A stretch of 12,082 nt of DNA, from the IMG/VR virus record IMGVR_UViG_2737471840_000002, positions 1 to 12,082 of that record; one strand, written 5' to 3'. The position numbers and the translations under genes were made by a program. This document shows, piece by piece, positions 6,822 to 12,082 of this stretch. The first letter of the stretch is position 1; every line of letters begins with the position of its first letter. The notes beneath the pieces are model-generated. The model saw only the letters and a program-made list of their open reading frames with translations. It made no database searches and was not told the DNA's origin. Source of the DNA: a virus. Taxonomy: Duplodnaviria; Heunggongvirae; Uroviricota; Caudoviricetes.

Positions 6822-7406
6822 TTATTGTTTGTTTTTTTCGTTCTGGTTGATGACAAATTCAATGTAACTTTCGATCTTTGCTTTCTCGGTTTCGGGTAAC
6901 AATGCGTAGCGCGAGCGATCATAGTTGATGGTCGCAGGGTCGTGCGGGTGAATCAGTAATTCATAGCCGTGACGCCCGAATGCGGATGCAACATTCTCCA
7001 GGGTGGAAATGGAAACGCTGACCTCATTGTTTAACAGGCGGCTGATTGTCACCTGGGCGACGCCGGATGCGCGGTGTAGTTTTCCCTGCGTTGAAAGGTC
7101 GCGGCTTTCGCTCATCCAGCGTTCCAGGTTGTGAGCCGCCAGCTGACCAATGTCGCTTGGGCCGACAGGCTGAAAACCTTCCTGAGAAAGCGAGCGATCG
7201 ATATCAAGCCAGTTACGTGGTTTATTGGCGGCAGCTTCAATTTTTCGCGCAACCTGGTCGCCGATAACCTTCTTGCCAAGAGCCCAGCGGTTTACCAGAT
7301 TTGCCTGAGTTCCAAGTTTTTCTGCCATCCGCGTCTGAACACCATTGAATTCACGGTCGATCAAGTCGTTGAGATTTTGCCTGCGGACGTCTTGGATACT
7401 TTTCAT
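6822..7406 (-). CDS. CI-like prophage repressor with two XRE-type helix-turn-helix domains and no LexA-like S24 peptidase domain
   Basis: 194 aa. HTH-1 about residues 20-60 (QTRMAEKLGTQANLVNRWALGKKVI), HTH-2 about residues 110-150 (ASGVAQVTISRLLNNEVSVSISTLENVA). Position and orientation equivalent to lambda cI (divergent from cro-like gene, followed by terminator and pL). No S24 motif visible. Confidence 0.65.
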   Translation of the reverse strand: MKSIQDVRRQNLNDLIDREFNGVQTRMAEKLGTQANLVNRWALGKKVIGDQVARKIEAAANKPRNWLDIDRSLSQEGFQPVGPSDIGQLAAHNLERWMSESRDLSTQGKLHRASGVAQVTISRLLNNEVSVSISTLENVASAFGRHGYELLIHPHDPATINYDRSRYALLPETEKAKIESYIEFVINQNEKNKQ

Positions 7407-7429
7407 TTTCTGGAAAATCGCCTCATATA

Positions 7430-7448
7430 TGAATCAGTAGATGATTCA
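7430..7448. promoter_or_regulatory. Perfect 7-5-7 palindrome TGAATCA-gtaga-TGATTCA, 24-42 bp upstream of repressor start
   Basis: Seen in sequence; distinct from the TTACC/GGTAA motif. Confidence 0.45.
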
Positions 7449-7461
7449 ATTTAAAGCAATA

Positions 7462-7524
7462 TTACCCAACAGGTAAATGCACCCCATAGGTAACTATCCT
7501 TGATTTTTGTTACCTTATGGGTGA
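7462..7524. promoter_or_regulatory. OR-like tripartite operator: TTACC-CAACA-GGTAA (7462-7476), gcACC-CCATA-GGTAA (7479-7493), TTACC-TTATG-GGTgA (7510-7524)
   Basis: Three copies or near-copies of the same palindrome between the divergent repressor and Cro-like genes. Confidence 0.65.
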
Positions 7525-7535
7525 ATATTTATTAT
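7507..7535 (+). promoter_or_regulatory. pR-like promoter: -35 TTGTTA (7507-7512), 17-bp spacer, -10 TATTAT (7530-7535)
   Basis: Hexamer match and spacing; overlapped by operator 7510-7524. Confidence 0.45.
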
Positions 7536-7560
7536 CTGAAATAAATATCAGGCAATAGCT

Positions 7561-7791
7561 ATGAGCGATAACGAACATTTCGATTTCAAAAAGCACTGGC
7601 TTGCACTTACTCCGGATGAGCGTGAAGCCTTCGCACAGGAAGCCGGAACGACGAGTCACTATATCCAGACTCACTTAACAGGTAAGCGCAAAATGCCAGG
7701 TAAAGTATTGATGAATGGGCTTTTTAAAGCCTGTAAAACAAGACAATGGCTGCGCTCAAAAGCAGAACTGGCATACTTCTTCTACTCATGA
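7561..7791 (+). CDS. Cro-like small HTH regulator (putative)
   Basis: 76 aa, divergent from repressor across operator region; segment EREAFAQEAGTTSHYIQTHLTGKRK resembles Cro/YdaS-type HTH. Weak RBS. Confidence 0.5.
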   Translation: MSDNEHFDFKKHWLALTPDEREAFAQEAGTTSHYIQTHLTGKRKMPGKVLMNGLFKACKTRQWLRSKAELAYFFYS

Positions 7792-7813
7792 TATCCAGCT
7801 ACAACCCTCTGTA

Positions 7814-7838
7814 GACCGCCACCCGGCGGTCTTTTCAT
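7814..7838 (+). terminator. Rho-independent terminator (stem gaccgcc/ggcggtc, loop accc, then TTTT) downstream of Cro-like gene
   Basis: Seen in sequence. Confidence 0.65.
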
Positions 7839-7846
7839 ATCTATTC

Positions 7847-7861
7847 GTACCTCAAAGGTAA
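7847..7861. promoter_or_regulatory. Operator-like palindrome GTACC-TCAAA-GGTAA (9 of 10 match)
   Basis: Immediately after terminator, upstream of candidate -35 TTGATC (7879-7884). Confidence 0.45.
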
Positions 7862-7941
7862 TAAAAAACCAAATATGGTTGATCTTTTTTTTGTGTCAGC
7901 ACAAAATGACCGTAATCCCAATACTAATAGCAGGGCTTACC

Positions 7942-8142
7942 ATGGAAATCATTACACGTATTGATGCCGCAAAGCGCGGACTTAAACGCTACTACACCGG
8001 AAAAACATGTAAGCACGGACATGACAGTGAACGCTGGGTTTACAACGGACACTGTGTTGAGTGCACCATGGAATCAAACCGTCGTATCAGGGCAGAGATT
8101 AAGCAGATCATGATTAATTCCTCCCCACAACATTCAAGCTGA
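7942..8142 (+). CDS. Small Cys/His-rich putative zinc-ribbon protein (66 aa from ATG 7942; possible longer form from ATG 7906 with hydrophobic N-terminus)
   Basis: CKHGH...HCVEC arrangement; occupies the cII-like position between cro-like gene and replication genes. Start uncertain. Confidence 0.5.
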   Translation: MEIITRIDAAKRGLKRYYTGKTCKHGHDSERWVYNGHCVECTMESNRRIRAEIKQIMINSSPQHSS

Positions 8143-8157
8143 TAGCGGAGATTAATC

Positions 8158-8973
8158 ATGAGCAGACATGCAACAGATTGGGCCTGGGAGACAGATCCAG
8201 GTAGCTCGTCATTAAAGCTCATACTGCTCTCGATGGCTGACAGAGCCGATGAATATAACCTCTGCTACCCCAGCATAGAACGCCTCGTTAAAGACACTTG
8301 CCTGAACAAAAAAACCGTGCAGGCCGGGCTTATATCGCTCATGAAAATGGGGCTTATTTCAGATACCGGAGAGAGAAAGGGAGCGACGAAAAGAGTGCGG
8401 GTTTTCTCTCTTAATATAACCAAAAACGGGAACATTAAAGGCAACCGGGAAGGGGGTAATGAACCCGAAAACGGTAATGTTACCGAAAACGGGAATATAC
8501 CCAAAAACGGGATGTTGAATGATCCCAAAAACGGGATGTTGAATGATCCCAAAAACGGGATCCAGAACCAGTCATATAACCAGTCATTTAACCAAGAGAG
8601 GGAGAGCAGGACAAAAAACGGGGATTCTGTGCATCATGACCCCGGCGCAAACAACGCCGTGATGAATAACTTTGTTCCTCCTGGTGGGCCAGGGCAATTA
8701 GGCAAATTTGTCATGCATGAACAATGGCAGCCATCAGATGACTTTCTTCGGAAAAGCTCATTGCAGGGGATCTACCTGGACAGTCTGCCAACGGCACAGG
8801 AACTTGCAGAGTTCAGAATTTACTGGATGGCTGAGGGTAAGGCATACCATCAGGCACAGTGGGAGCAGAAGCTGGCAAGGCGGCTGCAGATTAGCAGACA
8901 GAAGCAATCAACATTACCTGATAACAACGTTCCGCACTGGAACAGCCCTGAAGCATGGGAGGATTTCTTGTGA
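8158..8973 (+). CDS. Replication initiator / replisome organizer (lambda O-like: N-terminal HTH DNA-binding domain, iteron-encoded linker, C-terminal DnaT-like domain)
   Basis: 271 aa; N-terminus LKLILLSMADRADEYNLCYPSIERLVKDT is HTH-like (replication-initiator type); the central NG(N/M)-rich repeats are encoded by the iterons; directly followed by and GTGA-coupled to a P-like gene. Confidence 0.75.
   Translation: MSRHATDWAWETDPGSSSLKLILLSMADRADEYNLCYPSIERLVKDTCLNKKTVQAGLISLMKMGLISDTGERKGATKRVRVFSLNITKNGNIKGNREGGNEPENGNVTENGNIPKNGMLNDPKNGMLNDPKNGIQNQSYNQSFNQERESRTKNGDSVHHDPGANNAVMNNFVPPGGPGQLGKFVMHEQWQPSDDFLRKSSLQGIYLDSLPTAQELAEFRIYWMAEGKAYHQAQWEQKLARRLQISRQKQSTLPDNNVPHWNSPEAWEDFL
8419..8624. 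repeat. Origin-like iteron array: at least 6 copies of (A/T)CC(C/G)AAAACGG(G/T)A at 8419, 8464, 8482, 8499, 8523, 8547 (spacing 18-24 bp) plus a degenerate copy near 8611
   Basis: Direct repeats counted in sequence; last three copies are exact 24-bp tandem repeats (cccaaaaacgggatgttgaatgat). Embedded in the initiator gene as in lambda ori. Confidence 0.8.
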
Positions 8974-9755
8974 ACAACGTTTTTACCGCGATACAAAACC
9001 GTGACGGAGAAGCCCTTTCTCGCATGTCAGGTTATGAGCATCAGTACACCAACAATGACAACGTGGTGAACATGTCAGCAGAGAGGCTTGTTGATGCCCT
9101 TTTCAAACAGCTGAAACAACTGTTTCCGGCGGCAGTGGTAACCAACCTGAAGACGCCAGAGCAGGAAGTTGCTGCAAAACAGCAGTGGATTGCTGCGTTT
9201 GCCGAAGGGGGGATCCGAACCCGTGAACAGGTTTCTGCTGGTATGCGCCACGCCCGCGCCAGTGAGTCTCCGTTCTGGCCGTCGCCAGGGCAATTCATCA
9301 AGTGGTGTAAAGACAGCAAGATGGTTCTTGGCGTCACCATTGACGATGTGATGGCGGAGTTTCACCGGTACAGCAAGGAAAAAAGTTTATATCCTGGTGG
9401 TCCCGAAAGATTCCCGTGGCGGCATCCGGTTATGTACTGGGTCGTATGTGATACCCGCCGTGCAATGTATCAGCGCCAGCTTAGCGAGATTGAGGTTGAG
9501 AAACACGCGCGCAGGCTGCTCGATGATTGGGCGAAAAAGGTGGCTTCCGGACAGCGGATACCCGATCCGGTGATCAGCATACAGGCAAAGTCAGAGCCCA
9601 TGAGTACACCTCCGGACACAGGGAGAGACGTTTACCATCCACCAGGGCGAAGTTTCGGGTGCATGCCTAACGCCGCCACCCTTGGGGGAATAACACCGGC
9701 GCAGTGGCTGATGGAGGAATACAGGCGGGGAAAGGCGGCAGGATTTATCAAGTAA
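8970..9755 (+). CDS. Replication protein P-like helicase loader (lambda P family)
   Basis: Recalled similarity to lambda P: GMRHARASESPFWPSPGQFIKWC vs lambda GMRVARRQNRPFLPSPGQFVAWC; GTG start at 8970 with GGGAGGA SD 6 nt upstream, overlapping O-like stop (GTGA). Track ORF begins at ATG 8955. Confidence 0.85.
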   Translation: MNNVFTAIQNRDGEALSRMSGYEHQYTNNDNVVNMSAERLVDALFKQLKQLFPAAVVTNLKTPEQEVAAKQQWIAAFAEGGIRTREQVSAGMRHARASESPFWPSPGQFIKWCKDSKMVLGVTIDDVMAEFHRYSKEKSLYPGGPERFPWRHPVMYWVVCDTRRAMYQRQLSEIEVEKHARRLLDDWAKKVASGQRIPDPVISIQAKSEPMSTPPDTGRDVYHPPGRSFGCMPNAATLGGITPAQWLMEEYRRGKAAGFIK

Positions 9756-9792
9756 TACCAGCGCGATAGCGCATTTTTTTACGCCTTAACAA

Positions 9793-9807
9793 TTACCTAT
9801 TGGGTAA
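9793..9807. promoter_or_regulatory. Operator-like palindrome TTACC-TATTG-GGTAA
   Basis: Exact match to motif, upstream of promoter-like hexamers. Confidence 0.55.
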
Positions 9808-9826
9808 TAAAATATTCTAAATTCTA

Positions 9827-9855
9827 TTGATTTCGTGTCTTATGTGGTTTTTAAT
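9827..9855 (+). promoter_or_regulatory. Promoter-like: -35 TTGATT (9827-9832), 17-bp spacer, -10 TTTAAT (9850-9855)
   Basis: Hexamers and spacing; sandwiched between two operator-like palindromes in the same way as the pL-like promoter. Confidence 0.45.
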
Positions 9856-9869
9856 TACCTCAGAGGTAA
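9855..9869. promoter_or_regulatory. Operator-like palindrome TTACC-TCAGA-GGTAA overlapping the RBS of the downstream gene
   Basis: Exact match; GAGG of the site doubles as SD for ATG 9873. Confidence 0.55.
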
Positions 9870-9872
9870 ATC

Positions 9873-10217
9873 ATGAGAAAACAGATACAGGCTCTTGGTC
9901 GACTCAAAACAGGTCAGATGAACAAAACAGAATCTGCGTATTGCCAGCACCTTGAGCTGCGTAAACGTGCAGGAGAAATCGTCTGGTATCGATTTGAGGG
10001 TATCAAGCTGCGGTTAGCTGACAACACGTTCTATACGCCCGATTTTGCTGTGATGCTCGCCACCGGCGAGATGGAACTGCACGAAGTGAAAGGTTTCTGG
10101 ACCGACGACGCCAGGGTGAAAACCAAAGTCGCCGCAGATCAGTATCCGTTCCGAATCATCGGGGTAACGGTTAAACCAAAGAAAGCAGGTGGTGGCTGGA
10201 ACATCGAAGAGTTCTGA
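9873..10217 (+). CDS. DUF1064-like phage protein (114 aa)
   Basis: Recalled family resemblance (MRKQIQALGRLK...YRFEGIKLRLADNTFYTPDF...HEVKGFWTDDARVK). Not verified by search. Confidence 0.55.
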   Translation: MRKQIQALGRLKTGQMNKTESAYCQHLELRKRAGEIVWYRFEGIKLRLADNTFYTPDFAVMLATGEMELHEVKGFWTDDARVKTKVAADQYPFRIIGVTVKPKKAGGGWNIEEF

Positions 10218-10278
10218 ATCGACGATCTTTTTAGTTATCAATGTAATCAATAAGTTATGTGGATAAGCGAGGGTAAAG

Positions 10279-10827
10279 ATGGAAAGTAATATCAAAGGGT
10301 TAGTTGCCGCCGGGCATGAGATGGCTTCGGAACTGAAAGCAGAATGTGGTGCCGTTGATATGCGCAGTGTGGCAAAGCTGATCAGCGATTTGGCAACGCA
10401 ACTGGAAGTGCAACTGGTGCGTGCTAATGCGCTGGCAGCGGAGAATGCGGGGCTGAAACATGCAATGGCTGTAACTCTTGAGCATGTGTCGGTCACGGAT
10501 GCAGGGCAGGCTGGTGTTGCTGCAATGATTATCAACGATGCCCTGCACCACAGCGAAACTCCCGCCACCGATGCTTTCCTTGCTGAAATTCGTGCGGAAG
10601 CACGCAACGAGGGGATTAACTATACCGCCAGCCGTCTTGCTGCTGCGTTCAATCACGGATTTATCAATAAGTCTTTACGTGAAGTTTTCGACGTTACACG
10701 CATGATTCTGTCAGCGAAAGAAGAGTTAGCTAATGAACCGCACCCGATTGATGGCCTGTCCAGTGAATATGCGGAGAAATCCCTAGAAGAATGGGCGGAG
10801 CAGCTTCGCAAAGGAGGCAACCAGTGA
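10279..10827 (+). CDS. Hypothetical phage protein (182 aa), possibly Ea22-like
   Basis: ATG with GAGGG RBS; stop overlaps the next gene start (GTGA). No motif recognised with confidence. Confidence 0.55.
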   Translation: MESNIKGLVAAGHEMASELKAECGAVDMRSVAKLISDLATQLEVQLVRANALAAENAGLKHAMAVTLEHVSVTDAGQAGVAAMIINDALHHSETPATDAFLAEIRAEARNEGINYTASRLAAAFNHGFINKSLREVFDVTRMILSAKEELANEPHPIDGLSSEYAEKSLEEWAEQLRKGGNQ

Positions 10828-11576
10828 GCGAAATTAATTACCAGGCACTGCGTGAGGCGGCGGAACGTGCAATTCCAGCAATGGAACGCCTGTTAATGTT
10901 GCCAGCTGATGATGATTTGTTAAGTGAACAGGAACTTAAAGATTACGGTGTGGATATTGATGCGCTCAACGCCTTCAAATTTCTGGCCGGACCAGAAACC
11001 GTGCTGGCACTACTGGATGAACGGGAAAGGAACCAGCAATACATCAAATCCCGCGATCAGGAGAACGAGGATATTGCGCTAACGGTAGGGAAGCTGAGAG
11101 TTGAGCTTGAGGAAGTAAAACAACACGCTGAAGAATTATCCGAAACCAAGGCTGTTCGTAACCAATGGCGGCCAGATATTTGCCCAATAACCGGACGTGC
11201 ATTTTTCATGTGGATTGAGCATCCAACATTGGGAAATGTGCCGACATATGGTGGCCCATTAGATAGTTACACCATTCCAACAAAGGACGGTGACGGTGAG
11301 TTTTCATGTGAGCGTTACGATCATGATTTTGGCGGTTGGGTAGAAAGCGAATGTCTTGGGTTATATCTGATTGATGATAGAGAACAATGCAGGGTCTACG
11401 AACTGGAGGAACGCGTTAAGGAACTGGATGCTCGGGAAATATCGCTCCCGGAACGTAGCAGCATGCTTCATCGAACAGATTTTCACGATGATTACCAAAC
11501 GGTAATGGCATACAAAGTTTCTGAAGTCATCGCTGCAATCCGCGCCGCAGGCATTCGCATCAAAGGAGGTGAGTAA
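10824..11576 (+). CDS. Ead/Ea22-like family protein (250 aa from GTG 10824)
   Basis: N-terminus SEINYQALREAAERA resembles the conserved start of Ea22-like proteins (recall); AAGGAGG SD 6 nt before GTG. Track ORF begins at 10791 but has no SD. Confidence 0.55.
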   Translation: MSEINYQALREAAERAIPAMERLLMLPADDDLLSEQELKDYGVDIDALNAFKFLAGPETVLALLDERERNQQYIKSRDQENEDIALTVGKLRVELEEVKQHAEELSETKAVRNQWRPDICPITGRAFFMWIEHPTLGNVPTYGGPLDSYTIPTKDGDGEFSCERYDHDFGGWVESECLGLYLIDDREQCRVYELEERVKELDAREISLPERSSMLHRTDFHDDYQTVMAYKVSEVIAAIRAAGIRIKGGE

Positions 11577-11752
11577 TGCGTGTGGCATGTATCGGCTTGT
11601 TACCGTACCCGACTCGTTTTTGGGCTTCTGCGCTAATTGCAAAGCCGTATGTCCTGATGGCTGACAACATCATCCCGGCACCAAAGCGCCGCCATACCGG
11701 TATTGCAGCGGCACGACGAGCAGCAAAGAGACGCAGGAGAGCAAAGCGATGA
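11576..11752 (+). CDS. Small basic protein, 58 aa (C-terminus AARRAAKRRRRAKR)
   Basis: Not in ORF track. ATG 11576 overlaps preceding stop (TAATG) with AGGAGGTGA SD; stop overlaps next start (ATGA). Confidence 0.4.
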   Translation: MRVACIGLLPYPTRFWASALIAKPYVLMADNIIPAPKRRHTGIAAARRAAKRRRRAKR

Positions 11753-11925
11753 AAAACCGTAAGGCAAAACGACTTTTTTTACAGCGACCTGTGCGTGTGG
11801 TGGAGCTGGTTATTAGCAACCATAAGATAGCGGTACTCCATCCATTTGGTCAGGTGGCTTTTGCCGCAAAGCGTAAGCCTACTGCGTCACAGAACAGGCG
11901 GAAGAAAGGGTACGCTGTAAGATGA
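11749..11925 (+). CDS. Small basic protein, 58 aa (MKNRKAKRLFLQRP...), paralog of next ORF
   Basis: Not in ORF track. ATGA overlaps on both ends; shares N-terminus MKNRKAK with the following ORF. Confidence 0.4.
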   Translation: MKNRKAKRLFLQRPVRVVELVISNHKIAVLHPFGQVAFAAKRKPTASQNRRKKGYAVR

Positions 11926-12082
11926 AAAACCGTAAAGCAAAGATTCTGTTAGTTCGTAGAAACGCTCCTGGCGTCTGGCAGTGGGTGAGACTCAGCAACC
12001 GACGGATGGGGTTGATGAAATATTACGGGATGATGGATTGTGGTTTTTGCAAAAAGCCCAGCGCGGCGCAAAACCGCTGGAA
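11922..12082 (+). CDS. Small basic protein, partial (at least 53 aa; MKNRKAKILLVRR...), runs off the window end
   Basis: Not in ORF track. Same N-terminal heptapeptide as the preceding ORF; no stop before the window ends. Confidence 0.4.
   Translation, partial: MKNRKAKILLVRRNAPGVWQWVRLSNRRMGLMKYYGMMDCGFCKKPSAAQNRW

Larger units (their letters stand above)
1..12082. mobile_element. Lambdoid-type prophage, integrase-proximal early region (partial; extends beyond window on the right)
   Basis: Gene content and order: integrase, recombination module, CI-like/Cro-like divergent pair, O-like/P-like replication module with in-gene iterons; compact genes with many ATGA/GTGA start-stop overlaps. Confidence 0.85.

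Noticed and set aside
8419-8624. CRISPR-like appearance of the short direct repeats
   Set aside because: Repeats are 12-14 bp with 18-24 bp periodicity inside a coding sequence; no 28-37 bp repeats with unique spacers, so this is an iteron array, not CRISPR.
9766-9786. Possible terminator after the P-like gene (gcgc-gata-gcgc followed by T7)
   Set aside because: Stem is only 4 bp; too weak to call, although the T-run is notable. It may still contribute to partial termination before the operator-flanked promoter.
10014-10656. 197-aa and 118-aa minus-strand ORFs
   Set aside because: They overlap the DUF1064-like and 182-aa + strand genes, which have RBSs and fit the operon; no independent support.

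Overview
The window reads as the integrase-proximal arm of a lambdoid-type prophage (Enterobacteriaceae-like), running from a likely attL-side terminator to the replication module and beyond. Left to right: a P4-type tyrosine integrase on the + strand (208-1464), convergent with a long leftward, translationally coupled operon (about 6700 down to 1467) that encodes a small 49-aa ORF, a 344-aa coiled-coil protein, a 99-aa protein, a PD-(D/E)xK exonuclease, a putative single-strand annealing protein, an AlpA-family regulator, a hypothetical protein, an MT-A70 adenine methyltransferase and a lambda-type Ser/Thr phosphatase. Then comes an immunity region (dual-HTH CI-like repressor on the - strand, Cro-like gene on + strand), followed rightward by a zinc-ribbon protein, an O-like replication initiator with an iteron array inside its coding sequence, a lambda P-like helicase loader, a DUF1064-like protein, two Ea22-like proteins and three tandem small basic ORFs. 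The most striking non-coding signal is a 15-bp palindrome TTACC-N5-GGTAA that recurs at about nine positions, all in intergenic promoter regions. All functional calls come from reading motifs in the supplied translations and from recalled family knowledge; no database search was run. I did not find a clearly novel system, but several candidates are listed below.
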